From sequence record PZ049694.1: a stretch of 64,000 bases of DNA; one strand, given 5' to 3'. Below the pieces are notes generated by a model. That model did not search any database and had not been told where the DNA came from. It was given only the letters and a program-made list of their open reading frames with translations. The DNA comes from a phage. Position 1 is the stretch's first letter. Every line of letters begins with the position of its first letter. The translations under genes and the position numbers were made by a program. Of the stretch, positions 44,071 to 53,457 are shown one piece after another.

Positions 44071-44647
44071 ACAACCCTGTCAAATCATTCCAATGCTTCC
44101 GGCATAATGACACATATCTATCAGTATCACCAATTTCAATTTGACTGCCATCTGTAATTGGAAGTCCGTCTTCCGTGACTCTAGCTACCATTGTGGCCTT
44201 TTTACCGCAATGACAGACACCTTTAAGTTCAACAAGCTTATCGGCAATAGCCATTAATGCTTGAGAACCTTCAAATAGATTACCTTTAAAATCTGTTCGT
44301 AGTCCATATGCCATTACCGGCACATTGTATACGTCAACAATACGACTAAGTTGATACACCTTTTCAGTAGTTAAGAATTGAGCTTCGTCAACAAATACAC
44401 AATGAATATCCTTTTGTGCTGCAGCCCATTTATAGAATTCAAAGATATCCATGTCTTTTGTAATTATATTGGCGTCCTGACGAATACCAATACGAGAGAC
44501 TATTTCACCTTTTGAATCGCGAGTATCAATAGCCGGTTTAAGAACTAATACACCCATGCCACGTTCTTTATAGTTATGTGCGGCTGTAAGTAATGAAGCA
44601 GACTTACCAGCGTTCATAGCGGCATATGTAAAAATTAAACTAGCCAT
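44066..44647 (-). CDS. tk: thymidine kinase
   Basis: 193 aa; P-loop MNAGKSASLL; C-terminal zinc cysteines CHCGKKA...CRKH. Confidence 0.9.
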   Translation of the reverse strand: MASLIFTYAAMNAGKSASLLTAAHNYKERGMGVLVLKPAIDTRDSKGEIVSRIGIRQDANIITKDMDIFEFYKWAAAQKDIHCVFVDEAQFLTTEKVYQLSRIVDVYNVPVMAYGLRTDFKGNLFEGSQALMAIADKLVELKGVCHCGKKATMVARVTEDGLPITDGSQIEIGDTDRYVSLCRKHWNDLTGLL

Positions 44648-44837
44648 AAGAGTCCTTAGTTAAATTTTCTAAATATGTTTCTAAATCATTTTCGGCTTTA
44701 TCGATAGATTTTACTAATTCGTAGTATGTTTCAGCATCTCCATAATCCGAAGCCAATTCAAAAGATAAATCTCGTTCTAAACTAATAATTTCGCTGATTA
44801 AAAATCGTATTTCATTCTTTTGTTCGCGAGTAATCAT
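44640..44837 (-). CDS. hypothetical protein (65 aa)
   Basis: Minus-strand ORF. Confidence 0.45.
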   Translation of the reverse strand: MITREQKNEIRFLISEIISLERDLSFELASDYGDAETYYELVKSIDKAENDLETYLENLTKDSYG

Positions 44838-45040
44838 AAGGAATTTATATAATCAATAAGTTCTTGTTCTTTATCGTCGAAATCTTTACACAGTTCTTCG
44901 TATTCGTCGGTATTAAAAGGACCGCATTCATCGCAAACTTTTTCCAATTCACTATTTTTATCCATAACTTCGTGAATAAGAGAAAACAGTCTGTCTTTTT
45001 GTTCTTTACTTAAACTCATAACCATGTCACCTTTAAGCAA
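44834..45040 (-). CDS. hypothetical protein (68 aa)
   Basis: Minus-strand ORF. Confidence 0.45.
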   Translation of the reverse strand: MLKGDMVMSLSKEQKDRLFSLIHEVMDKNSELEKVCDECGPFNTDEYEELCKDFDDKEQELIDYINSL

Positions 45041-45243
45041 TATTCTTCTACATGTTGTTTACGGCCTTTCTTATCGATAAAAGTATATTCAACGAATGTT
45101 CCGATGTAGTCTTTATCTACATCATGTGGACTATTAATTGGACATTTGGTACGACAAATGCGTTCCCATTGACGAATAATTACTGCCTTATTCTTTGGGT
45201 CATATGGATGTGGATAATGTATATTCATAATAATGGTTCCCAA
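45016..45243 (-). CDS. hypothetical protein (75 aa)
   Basis: Minus-strand ORF. Confidence 0.45.
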   Translation of the reverse strand: MGTIIMNIHYPHPYDPKNKAVIIRQWERICRTKCPINSPHDVDKDYIGTFVEYTFIDKKGRKQHVEEYCLKVTWL

Positions 45244-45722
45244 TCAACAATCACAATTTCTAGTTTAGTGGAATACGTATCTAAAATCTCTTCGATGACA
45301 TCCCAGTTTCCACCACCAATACCTGCACCAATTCTTGGCATATAAATTACAGGCTTTGTTATCTTATTCTTTCCGAATTCATTTAATTCTATTATACAAT
45401 TCATTAAAGCATAGTACTCAAAATTAGGTCCCGGCTCAAACTGTGTATAAAGATTAAAGCAATAAGCTTTATGGGTCTTAAAATATTTTTCATAAACCGA
45501 ATAAGTCCCGAGTTTAGACTTGTCTCCGAATTCGGTTTGAAGTTTATCGGCTTCTAAAATTTTTGGATAAGCCTTTGCTAATTGTCCTGCCACACCAGCG
45601 CCCATTGTATGAAAACAATTACACCCATGAGCAATATTATTACCTTTAGAAAACAGGGCGACAATATCGCCCTTGATATAGTTTTTAATCACTTGCTGCA
45701 AGTCCTCTAGTATAAGAGTCAA
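45225..45722 (-). CDS. macro-domain protein (ADP-ribose binding/processing fold)
   Basis: NIAHGCNCFHTMGAGVAGQLAKA and PRIGAGIGGGNWD resemble macro-domain motifs; TTG start in track. Confidence 0.55.
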   Translation of the reverse strand: MTLILEDLQQVIKNYIKGDIVALFSKGNNIAHGCNCFHTMGAGVAGQLAKAYPKILEADKLQTEFGDKSKLGTYSVYEKYFKTHKAYCFNLYTQFEPGPNFEYYALMNCIIELNEFGKNKITKPVIYMPRIGAGIGGGNWDVIEEILDTYSTKLEIVIVDWEPLL

Positions 45723-46032
45723 CTAGACGGTCCACCATAGAATTGCATGCTGCCTTATCTTTAGGTTCCGCCACCGAGCATTCTAATATTTGCCATTTTT
45801 TATAGTATCTTTTAATTAAGGTAGACGCCTTGAACCTACTAGACGCCCCATCTTTTTCTCCGTCTTTATACGCATATAACAATTTTTGTGAAAAATCTAC
45901 TTTACACTCTTGACTTTGACCACAATAATCAGATGCCGTTCTGTTTGTATACTCCGTTACATCAGTATATGTAGTATTAGCAAGAGCGTTAAATGAAACC
46001 AAGCCAACTATTAAAGCCAACATTTTGGTCAT
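45685..46032 (-). CDS. secreted protein (115 aa, four Cys)
   Basis: Signal peptide MTKMLALIVGLVSFNALA. Confidence 0.5.
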   Translation of the reverse strand: MTKMLALIVGLVSFNALANTTYTDVTEYTNRTASDYCGQSQECKVDFSQKLLYAYKDGEKDGASSRFKASTLIKRYYKKWQILECSVAEPKDKAACNSMVDRLVDSYTRGLAASD

Positions 46033-46571
46033 TCTTTTATTTCCAGTAGTTTGTTTGATTTAAGGTAATTAGCCTTTTCTAGGACTTCAGAAGCATATTT
46101 ACTTCCAGCACTCGTCTTCCATCCCGCATTATATGAGGATATAGCTTTTCTTATATCCCCGTTATGTATATTTAACCAATAAGAAAATTCGATATAAGCC
46201 CATCTGGCTGAATTAGACCGCTTAGATAGCATTTTCTTAATTTGGGCATCAGACATATTATAACCAAGCCGGTTAATTCTTGCCCTCATTGTTGGTAGAT
46301 AATTTTGGAACATTCCATACGCATGGTGACCTTTCTTATCTTTAAGATTAATACCGGCAGATGATTCCTGCCATAGTATTGCGGCCATTATGTATCCAAG
46401 TCCTTTCTTATGCATATTTTCATGCGTTTTAAATTTTCCATCCTTAGAAAACTGTTCCCCAAACTGATAAGCATAATTCAAGTTATCGAGTTGGACATTA
46501 CTAAAAGTATGCTCGGAGCTATGTGCTGATAACGAAAGAGCAAATAGACCAGCGAGTAGTGCTTTTCTCAT
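46029..46571 (-). CDS. periplasmic lytic transglycosylase-like protein (SLT domain)
   Basis: Signal peptide; LWQESS, GMFQ and YNAG motifs of family-1 lytic transglycosylases. Confidence 0.6.
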   Translation of the reverse strand: MRKALLAGLFALSLSAHSSEHTFSNVQLDNLNYAYQFGEQFSKDGKFKTHENMHKKGLGYIMAAILWQESSAGINLKDKKGHHAYGMFQNYLPTMRARINRLGYNMSDAQIKKMLSKRSNSARWAYIEFSYWLNIHNGDIRKAISSYNAGWKTSAGSKYASEVLEKANYLKSNKLLEIKE

Positions 46572-46579
46572 GTTTACCT

Positions 46580-47038
46580 CTAGATTTTAATCACTGCTTT
46601 AGAAGCTTTTCCTGGTAGTCGTTTACTGTTAATAATAGCCATTCTGCATTGAAGAGTCTTCATTTTGAATGCTGGATTTTCGCGACAAACTGTAAGTCCT
46701 AGCCAAAGATTTCCATCAGTTATTTCTAAACGGCCTGGACGATATTCGACACCTTCGACAAAATCTTCATCAACATCTGGACGTGCCGGCATTGATAAAA
46801 ATTCTGCAACTTCTTTAACATGATTTTTTACTTTACGAAATAATTCAAAAACGTAGTTCTCATCTATTTCTCTCTGGATAGCACGATCTAAGAGATGTTG
46901 AGAATACTTGATATGAAAGCCTGGTAGTCCAAGAGACTTTGCAGCATCTTTTATACCGGCATTTATTTTGCGGAACTCCGTTTCAAAGATTCGACGGAGT
47001 TTATTACGGCGGATAAAAACGTCAGAATTGATAGTCAT
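46580..47038 (-). CDS. regB: endoribonuclease RegB
   Basis: 152 aa; YSQHLLDRAIQREIDE and GVEYRPGRLEITDGNLWLG as remembered for T4 RegB. Confidence 0.88.
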   Translation of the reverse strand: MTINSDVFIRRNKLRRIFETEFRKINAGIKDAAKSLGLPGFHIKYSQHLLDRAIQREIDENYVFELFRKVKNHVKEVAEFLSMPARPDVDEDFVEGVEYRPGRLEITDGNLWLGLTVCRENPAFKMKTLQCRMAIINSKRLPGKASKAVIKI

Positions 47039-47067
47039 TTTTGATTTCTCCTCTAGTTGACAGGTCT

Positions 47068-47096
47068 ATAGTAACACAACTAGAGGAGAAGTAAAC
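47068..47096 (-). promoter_or_regulatory. early-type sigma70 promoter cassette upstream of regB
   Basis: Minus strand -35 GTTTAC, 17-bp spacer, -10 TACTAT; inverted repeat aggtcta...tagagg. Confidence 0.5.
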
Positions 47097-47395
47097 TACT
47101 CTTTGAAAGGAATTAACTTTTTAACTGCTTTAGATACTTCGTCACGAACCTGGTGGAAGTTCTTGAGCTGTTCAAGGCGTTGTTCGTAATACGCAATCTC
47201 ATCTTCTTCAAGACAATCGTCAGCGTCTTCTTTCAGATATGCCTTGTACTCATTAAAGAGGGCCCATAGGCGATTCTCAAAGTCATCAAGGCTTTGAATT
47301 TTCTTGTGCTTCGGAACAAGGCCAAAAGGATTGCTTTCAGTTATGCGTCGAGATGCTTCATAATGAGTTCCAAAGCCTGATAGGATTTGAGCCAT
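47096..47395 (-). CDS. hypothetical protein (about 99 aa)
   Basis: Track ORF trimmed to internal ATG. Confidence 0.45.
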   Translation of the reverse strand: MAQILSGFGTHYEASRRITESNPFGLVPKHKKIQSLDDFENRLWALFNEYKAYLKEDADDCLEEDEIAYYEQRLEQLKNFHQVRDEVSKAVKKLIPFKE

Positions 47396-47661
47396 TAGTA
47401 TTTTTCCTCTGGTCGAAATACCGCACGGCATGCCCACATGCTGGCTTCTTTTAGATGTTGCTTAGCATACTTAAGAGCCTGCACTGCATCCATATCTTCT
47501 TTGGTTTGTTGCTCTGATTCATTTTCTTTCAAGATATATGCTTCTTCAATCAGAGCATCAAACATCAATCCAAGACGGACTTCTGCGTCTTTAATAGCGT
47601 TCACTTTACTGATTTTATCATCGGTATGTGGCTTGTAGCCTTTGATGTCTTCAATCGACAT
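47395..47661 (-). CDS. hypothetical protein (about 88 aa)
   Basis: Track ORF 47395-47829 trimmed to internal ATG with GAGGAAA SD. Confidence 0.4.
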   Translation of the reverse strand: MSIEDIKGYKPHTDDKISKVNAIKDAEVRLGLMFDALIEEAYILKENESEQQTKEDMDAVQALKYAKQHLKEASMWACRAVFRPEEKY

Positions 47662-47875
47662 AAGGAATTTCCTCATCGGTGGCAAGGTCATATTCAACCA
47701 ATTGGATAGGCTCATTAATACCATATCCGCGTACAGTGATATCAGTTGTCGGATATTTTCCAGTAATATCACCCGTTCTAAATGCTTCAATGAATGATTG
47801 CTCGCCTGAGCAACTAAACCAGGCGGCAAAACATTTTAAAACATCTTCGGACCCTTCTATAATCAATTTAGCCAT
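47651..47875 (-). CDS. hypothetical protein (74 aa)
   Basis: Start overlaps the GrcA-like stop. Confidence 0.45.
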   Translation of the reverse strand: MAKLIIEGSEDVLKCFAAWFSCSGEQSFIEAFRTGDITGKYPTTDITVRGYGINEPIQLVEYDLATDEEIPYVD

Positions 47876-48237
47876 TATAGACTCTCAGTAAAGGTGCGAG
47901 CGATAACGTCGCGCTGCTGTTCCGGAGTCAGAGAGTTAAAGCGAACTGCATAACCAGATACACGGATGGTCAGCTGCGGATATTTTTCAGGATGCTTAAC
48001 TGCATCTTCCAGAGTTTCACGACGCAGAACGTTAACGTTCAGGTGTTGACCACCTTCAATTTTAACTTTAGGTTGTTGTTCAATTTCAATTTCACGAGCA
48101 TTCAAACCGTAGAAAATTTCCGGGTCTACAATATCGTCTTCTTTAAAAGTCTTAGAGACAATAATCCGGGCTTGAATACCGTCTTCAAAATAAATAGTGC
48201 CTTTATGTGCACCTTCAAGAATTTGATATGCTTTCAT
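47875..48237 (-). CDS. autonomous glycyl-radical cofactor (GrcA/YfiD-like)
   Basis: C-terminus [31 protein letters not shown] carries the RVSGY glycyl-radical motif, close to E. coli YfiD. Confidence 0.8.
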   Translation of the reverse strand: MKAYQILEGAHKGTIYFEDGIQARIIVSKTFKEDDIVDPEIFYGLNAREIEIEQQPKVKIEGGQHLNVNVLRRETLEDAVKHPEKYPQLTIRVSGYAVRFNSLTPEQQRDVIARTFTESL

Positions 48238-48243
48238 ATAACC

Positions 48244-48552
48244 TCAATTAGAAAATAAATTTATCCAAGATTTTTCTTTAATCAAAAATGGGTCGGAATT
48301 AAACGCCATTAAACTTTGAGTAATTAATCCCTTAAATGGTCCATCAATAAATTCCATTTTGAAATGCGGAATACTAGTCATCAACCGTGCATTAGGAGCA
48401 GTACAAAGAACCTGCTGACCTGCGAATGGACCTTTAGTCAAACGATATCGTTTAGGTTTAAAATGGTAAATCTCGTAATTTTCTACAAGAGCCCTTTTAT
48501 TGCATACTGGACTGTTATAACAATACTCAAAAACTTCAATAGTGGTCATCAT
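48244..48552 (-). CDS. hypothetical protein (about 102 aa)
   Basis: Trimmed to ATG forming ATGA overlap with upstream stop. Confidence 0.45.
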   Translation of the reverse strand: MMTTIEVFEYCYNSPVCNKRALVENYEIYHFKPKRYRLTKGPFAGQQVLCTAPNARLMTSIPHFKMEFIDGPFKGLITQSLMAFNSDPFLIKEKSWINLFSN

Positions 48553-49088
48553 TGCATTCCAATCACAAAAAATTGAGGACGAGCAGTACCGCCTATGCAA
48601 TATTTGCTTTTGCAGCAGTGCTGTACTGATTTAATATGGACATTGTAAATCTTATCCATATCAGGAGCTTTAATAGGCTCGTCAATTATGTATAGAATAC
48701 GAGAAAGCGTTAATCCACGGAATTTAGAACCTTCATTGCCAATAAAACTACGGACAGAATCAGTAAATAAACGGAATCGAATATCATCGCTAGAATAACG
48801 AGAAAATTCTTTTTTAATATTGCCAACAGAAATTTTAGCATAAGCTGAAGTATTAGAAAGAACAATAACTGTTCCACCGTCGTACAGCCAATTAACAGCA
48901 AAATTAGTTACTGCAGTCGATTTACCTGATTGTCTGCCGCCGTCTAAACGAAGTGTACAGTACTGCTTGAGTACGTCTTCAAATGGCGGGATATAACCAT
49001 TCTTACAAATTTCTTCTACTCTAGCATCAGAATGGTGTGTAAAAGCATTCATCAGGGATAGATAAGGCCCAGTTAAAAATGTTCTCAT
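48549..49088 (-). CDS. P-loop NTPase (about 179 aa)
   Basis: Walker A GGRQSGKST; start placed at MRTFLTG, excluding the GC-rich leader. Confidence 0.5.
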   Translation of the reverse strand: MRTFLTGPYLSLMNAFTHHSDARVEEICKNGYIPPFEDVLKQYCTLRLDGGRQSGKSTAVTNFAVNWLYDGGTVIVLSNTSAYAKISVGNIKKEFSRYSSDDIRFRLFTDSVRSFIGNEGSKFRGLTLSRILYIIDEPIKAPDMDKIYNVHIKSVQHCCKSKYCIGGTARPQFFVIGMQ

Positions 49089-49260
49089 TTTATTCTCTCT
49101 AGGTTGGGGCCATTCCGTGGCACATGTTAGGTCCTTCGACTCGCTATGTAAACCCATTACCGCACTTGGGCTCGACCTTATTACAGGTTGGAAAAGGTAC
49201 ATCACTCAGAGGACTCGACGTTCATAAGGAGAGGTTGCGTTTCCCTTTATTAGGCAAGAA

Positions 49261-49590
49261 TTATACTCTAGGCTTTTGAGCTTGTTTGGTATTGGATTCC
49301 CATGCGGCTTTGGTAATTTTGTTAGCGGCATAACCAAAGGCACTAGATAGAACACCTTTAGAGTTGAATACATCCAATCCAATAAGTACACTTGCTGTGT
49401 TAAATTTAGGAGCAAAGTACGCATTAGTTTTAGAAAGAGCTTTTTTCAATTCAGGGTCTTGAACCAAGCCATCAAAAACGCCTTTACCATTTACTTTATA
49501 TGTTACTTTGGGATTTTTAGCTTCTTCGATAGCAGCTTTCTGTTCCGCAGATAATGTAACTTCAGTAATAAATTCTTGATATGTTTTCAT
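49261..49590 (-). CDS. internal head protein (IPII-like)
   Basis: N-terminal capsid-targeting sequence MKTYQEFITE typical of T4 internal proteins; early promoter upstream. Confidence 0.65.
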   Translation of the reverse strand: MKTYQEFITEVTLSAEQKAAIEEAKNPKVTYKVNGKGVFDGLVQDPELKKALSKTNAYFAPKFNTASVLIGLDVFNSKGVLSSAFGYAANKITKAAWESNTKQAQKPRV

Positions 49591-49620
49591 TTTTGTTTCC
49601 TTGTTTGTTTTGATAGAGTA

Positions 49621-49649
49621 ATTATACCATATTAATACTTAAGCGTAAA
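49621..49649 (-). promoter_or_regulatory. early-type sigma70 promoter
   Basis: Minus strand -35 TTTACG, 17-bp spacer, -10 TATAAT. Confidence 0.5.
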
Positions 49650-49681
49650 CTGTTTAAGCTTTACCATCGCAACCTTTTTCC

Positions 49682-50095
49682 TTAGTAAATTGATTTACCA
49701 TAGTATTTGTACCAAGTAGGACGTTGAGCAATTTTTTCATCTAAACGAGCTTGACTTATCGCAATGGACGCTTCGGTCGGGACATAATTATTACGAAATT
49801 CGGCAGGGATGTCGGAAATATCTTGGACAGTCGTGTCCTTGATTTTGAAACCACGTTTCAAGCATTCAGCGATTAGCTCGATTTGACGTAAACGTAAAAA
49901 TTCGAGTTTGTCGTAAAAGAATGTTACGTGACCTGTGCCTAAGATAAATGCTGGAGAGATTTTAAAATCCTTTACACGTTTACCGTTTTGAACATGTTTA
50001 CGGACTGCACCAAATACGCGTGGTAATTCACGATACTCAGCCATAAGATGTTGGTCGGTCAGTTCAGAAACAAGTGTTAAATTGATACGAGTCAT
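49682..50095 (-). CDS. denV: Endonuclease V (pyrimidine-dimer DNA glycosylase, DenV)
   Basis: [35 protein letters not shown] near-identical to remembered T4 DenV; start moved to internal ATG. Confidence 0.9.
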   Translation of the reverse strand: MTRINLTLVSELTDQHLMAEYRELPRVFGAVRKHVQNGKRVKDFKISPAFILGTGHVTFFYDKLEFLRLRQIELIAECLKRGFKIKDTTVQDISDIPAEFRNNYVPTEASIAISQARLDEKIAQRPTWYKYYGKSIY

Positions 50096-50122
50096 AATTT
50101 CCTCCAAGTAGTTGATGAATGT

Positions 50123-50152
50123 ATAGTATCAAAGTCCTTGGAGGAAGTAAAC
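50123..50152 (-). promoter_or_regulatory. early-type sigma70 promoter cassette upstream of denV
   Basis: Minus strand -35 GTTTAC, 18-bp spacer, -10 TACTAT. Confidence 0.45.
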
Positions 50153-50153
50153 A

Positions 50154-50354
50154 CTATTTTTCTGAAGCGCCTGAAATATATTTTTCAAGACGTTGTTTCA
50201 TCAGCGAACCGTTCTTGGCGATTTCTTCCGGTTTATCGCACATACGCAACAAGGCTTCAAGCTTAACGATATCACTGGTGCGTTCAAATTTGCGAGTATC
50301 TATCTTACTAGCAAGTTCAGAAATACGTGCTAATAGACTTTCGGCTTCAACCAA
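50154..50354 (-). CDS. hypothetical protein (66 aa)
   Basis: Minus-strand ORF; antisense plus-strand ORF also present. Confidence 0.4.
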   Translation of the reverse strand: MVEAESLLARISELASKIDTRKFERTSDIVKLEALLRMCDKPEEIAKNGSLMKQRLEKYISGASEK

Positions 50355-50431
50355 AGCTGCACCTAGCTTAGTTGCAAATGTGTCAGTAGCTTAGTTAAGA
50401 ATAGATTCTGATAAAAATTCACTATATGTTT

Positions 50432-50920
50432 TCATATATACGCTTTCCAAGTTCCTGTTTTAAATGTTGAGATTACGCGTTTAGCGCGATTAGGTGTCTG
50501 ACGATACCATTTAGATTGAGCTAGATTTACTGCCGCTTCATCCCAACGTTTCTGTTGAAGCATACGAAGAGAATTAGTAAAACCAGCGACGCCTGCTACG
50601 CCCATTTGGAAGACCATATTGACCAATGCACATCTACGAACCGCATCTAAAGAATCATATACCGGTTTAAGTTTAGCATTACCCAAGATTCCGCGAACGG
50701 CTTTATCAACGTCTTCATTAAATAGCTTTTCAGCCTCATCAAGGGTAATTGTACCGTTGCATTTACGTCCGATCATTCTGTCAAGTTCAGCTTTAGCTAC
50801 GGCTAAAGACGGGTTCTTTGTTACTAAATGACCTATGCCAATCGTCCAAAAGCCTTCAGTGTCTTTGTATAAAGTCAGTCTAAGACCTTCGTCATTACGA
50901 AGCATTTCAAATATATTCAT
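50432..50920 (-). CDS. e: lysozyme (endolysin, gene e)
   Basis: [32 protein letters not shown] with catalytic E11/D20/T26 context as in T4 lysozyme; start moved to internal ATG. Confidence 0.92.
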   Translation of the reverse strand: MNIFEMLRNDEGLRLTLYKDTEGFWTIGIGHLVTKNPSLAVAKAELDRMIGRKCNGTITLDEAEKLFNEDVDKAVRGILGNAKLKPVYDSLDAVRRCALVNMVFQMGVAGVAGFTNSLRMLQQKRWDEAAVNLAQSKWYRQTPNRAKRVISTFKTGTWKAYI

Positions 50921-50954
50921 AATACCTCCCACGTTTATAGGAGGTATTTATTAC

Positions 50955-51413
50955 TTATAGGAGGGTAGTGAGCACCTTATATAATGATTTGCCCATTACA
51001 TATTCCCATTGAGAAGGTTTAATTAAAGCGAATGCATCAAATTCAGGAATCTGACGTCCGTCTGGGAATGTATGATAGGAATTACAAACACTGTTTCTGA
51101 ATTGCTCGTGCTCTACAGGGATGGTATATAGGAACAGATGAATATTCTTATTGTCTGAGTAATGATGTTCACCTAGGTCTTTCAGGAAGGCAGGGTCATA
51201 TTGTGTAAACCCAGTTTCTTCTTCGCATTCACGAATAGCGGCTTCAATAGGAGATTCGCCAGGCTCGACACGTCCTTTAGGAATATCCCACCGATGAGCT
51301 AAAGAACCTTTAGGACGAGAACCAGTTACACGCCCCATGAATAATTCTTTATCTTCGGTAAGGAAAATAATACCGGCTGATAGTTCTTTCACTTTATTTT
51401 TCTTACTCATCAT
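50955..51413 (-). CDS. nudE: Nudix hydrolase (NudE-like)
   Basis: Nudix box GRVEPGESPIEAAIRECEEETGF. Confidence 0.7.
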   Translation of the reverse strand: MMSKKNKVKELSAGIIFLTEDKELFMGRVTGSRPKGSLAHRWDIPKGRVEPGESPIEAAIRECEEETGFTQYDPAFLKDLGEHHYSDNKNIHLFLYTIPVEHEQFRNSVCNSYHTFPDGRQIPEFDAFALIKPSQWEYVMGKSLYKVLTTLL

Positions 51414-51654
51414 CTCGGTCCCATGATTTGACCATTAATTCGGACATAAATTCTTCAATGCGCGTTTCTTTAGATGGACTTTCACTATTAGAGACCGCAA
51501 GTTTGTAATCTGCAATAGGACAGAACATATCAAGGTCCATATTAAGGTCGTCTTTGATTTTTTCTTCTGACACATCTTTATCGTATGTATACAGATAACT
51601 ATCACACGATTCTGATTTAATGTAAATTGCTATACTCATCTCAAATTCCTGCAT
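51403..51654 (-). CDS. hypothetical acidic protein (83 aa)
   Basis: Minus-strand ORF. Confidence 0.45.
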   Translation of the reverse strand: MQEFEMSIAIYIKSESCDSYLYTYDKDVSEEKIKDDLNMDLDMFCPIADYKLAVSNSESPSKETRIEEFMSELMVKSWDRDDE

Positions 51655-52127
51655 TCGGTAATAAAACGTTCAACTTCATTATTCTTGGCTTTTATCTTGT
51701 CTTTATGTTCTTGTAAACTACTTTTAATAAGATTAATAATGATGCCTACAGTACCTCCACCAATTATACCGCCAATTATACTTACGATAGTAGATGCTAA
51801 TAAGATAGCGATAATATCTAGTACAGCAAAGGCACTTACTTTAGTACTAAAAAACCATACCGACGGTACAAATATAATCCATCCTGTTATCCATTGGCAC
51901 TTATTGAAAAACTTTTCAAGCTCAGCTTGAGTTGTTCGTATTACTTCATCGATAGGTTGATATCCATTAATGTATCTATTCACGATAATACCTGCTGGCT
52001 GGTCGATTTTAAATTCTTGGCAAATACGTTTCACTAAGTAGGATGGACATCCTGTCCAATCTACTGAATAGTATGAAATACCTTCGTTGCCATCGTCTAT
52101 ATTAGACCAATATGTTTTGTTAATCAT
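51636..52127 (-). CDS. membrane-anchored protein (163 aa)
   Basis: C-terminal hydrophobic helices. Confidence 0.5.
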   Translation of the reverse strand: MINKTYWSNIDDGNEGISYYSVDWTGCPSYLVKRICQEFKIDQPAGIIVNRYINGYQPIDEVIRTTQAELEKFFNKCQWITGWIIFVPSVWFFSTKVSAFAVLDIIAILLASTIVSIIGGIIGGGTVGIIINLIKSSLQEHKDKIKAKNNEVERFITECRNLR

Positions 52128-52813
52128 TACCAGCCTTCCATAGGGAATTCCAGATAAACTTGAGCGTTGACACGAATTTCATTGGTAATCTTTTTAACTC
52201 GGTCTGTATTACGAGATACACGTCCGAACCAACGCCATCCATTACTAATTGCACGAGAACCAGTGTGCCATGTTTGCCAATCAAACTGAAGAAGAGTACG
52301 GTCCGGAGCTTCCCATTTCTCTAGTTCGCCTTTTTCGATTTTTTCGAGGACTTCTTTGTGCCACTGGCGATAGATAAGTTCGCCATCAGGAATCTGACTG
52401 AACTCCGCAGTTCCTGTTGCAAAATGAGTAGGACACACATCAGCATTAACAAGACCAAGAATATGTTCAGAATGGTAACGAGGGTTGTCATAATCAGGTT
52501 GTCCTGCAGTAATAAAATGTTGTCCTGTTGGAATATCTGGGCGTGGTACGTCATCATGGTGATATCCAGGAATAGCAGGATACCAACCAGGCATCAGCAT
52601 GTGGACTCGTGAATCAAATACTACATCCGAGACTTTCCAATCATCAGGAAGATTTTGGATAAAGCTACGAGTAATCGGGCCGCCATTATCAAAAGCAAAA
52701 TTCAAATCGCAGTTAAAGAACATAGGCTCGTTTTTAATCTGGTCGTTTTTAATCGCATGAGCAAAACCACCTACTGCACGAGCTTGACTATTAAACACTT
52801 TAGAACTATTCAT
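52127..52813 (-). CDS. hypothetical protein (228 aa)
   Basis: His/Asp-rich segment YHHDDVPRPD; possible metal-dependent enzyme, unassigned. Confidence 0.5.
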   Translation of the reverse strand: MNSSKVFNSQARAVGGFAHAIKNDQIKNEPMFFNCDLNFAFDNGGPITRSFIQNLPDDWKVSDVVFDSRVHMLMPGWYPAIPGYHHDDVPRPDIPTGQHFITAGQPDYDNPRYHSEHILGLVNADVCPTHFATGTAEFSQIPDGELIYRQWHKEVLEKIEKGELEKWEAPDRTLLQFDWQTWHTGSRAISNGWRWFGRVSRNTDRVKKITNEIRVNAQVYLEFPMEGW

Positions 52814-52814
52814 A

Positions 52815-53120
52815 TTATTTTCCTCGACATTCTTTAATGAAATTTTCTAGATTGGTAGATTCAATAGCTTTTTTACGAGCTTCTGCGTGTTCTTCTTCGG
52901 ACAATTTACGTTTATAATTGACCCAGACATTATGGTCGAAACCAGTCGTGGCATATAATAACAATGCTCCAACGAATAGCAAAAACGGCGATAAGAATAC
53001 AAAACCAGGAACACCATCCATATCGTAAGCCTTTTGTAATACTGCAACAGAAAGAGCTACGTAAAAAGGTGATGCAAGTATTGTTAAAAGACCAATTCGG
53101 TTGGTTTCTGTTAATTTCAT
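52815..53120 (-). CDS. membrane protein (101 aa)
   Basis: Two hydrophobic helices. Confidence 0.5.
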   Translation of the reverse strand: MKLTETNRIGLLTILASPFYVALSVAVLQKAYDMDGVPGFVFLSPFLLFVGALLLYATTGFDHNVWVNYKRKLSEEEHAEARKKAIESTNLENFIKECRGK

Positions 53121-53146
53121 AATATTCTCCTCAAGTTGATAGGACT

Positions 53147-53175
53147 ACTATAACATAGCCCTATCAGTTTGTACA
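53147..53175 (-). promoter_or_regulatory. early-type sigma70 promoter cassette
   Basis: Minus strand -35 TGTACA, 17-bp spacer, -10 TATAGT; inverted repeat aggacta...tagccct. Confidence 0.45.
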
Positions 53176-53176
53176 C

Positions 53177-53377
53177 TTATTTTGACATTTCTTCGATGTC
53201 ACGACGATACCCATCACGAACTTCACGAAGAGCTTCAAGGCCACACATAGGCTCGATACCAGTAATGTGAACTTGATTAATCTGATACTCTACATCTTCT
53301 AACTGAGCGAAAACATAACGACGTTCTGCTGCACAACCAGGTTTAGCTTTACCGAAACGTTTATTCAAAGTAGTCAT
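53177..53377 (-). CDS. hypothetical protein (about 66 aa)
   Basis: Track GTG start trimmed to internal ATG. Confidence 0.4.
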   Translation of the reverse strand: MTTLNKRFGKAKPGCAAERRYVFAQLEDVEYQINQVHITGIEPMCGLEALREVRDGYRRDIEEMSK

Positions 53378-53415
53378 TTTTATATCTCCATTCACTCATT
53401 TGTTTTGATAGGTCT

Positions 53416-53444
53416 ATAGTATCAACAACTACAGACCTTGTAAA
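53416..53444 (-). promoter_or_regulatory. early-type sigma70 promoter cassette
   Basis: Minus strand -35 TTTACA, 17-bp spacer, -10 TACTAT. Confidence 0.5.
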
Positions 53445-53457
53445 CTGTTTTGTGAAA

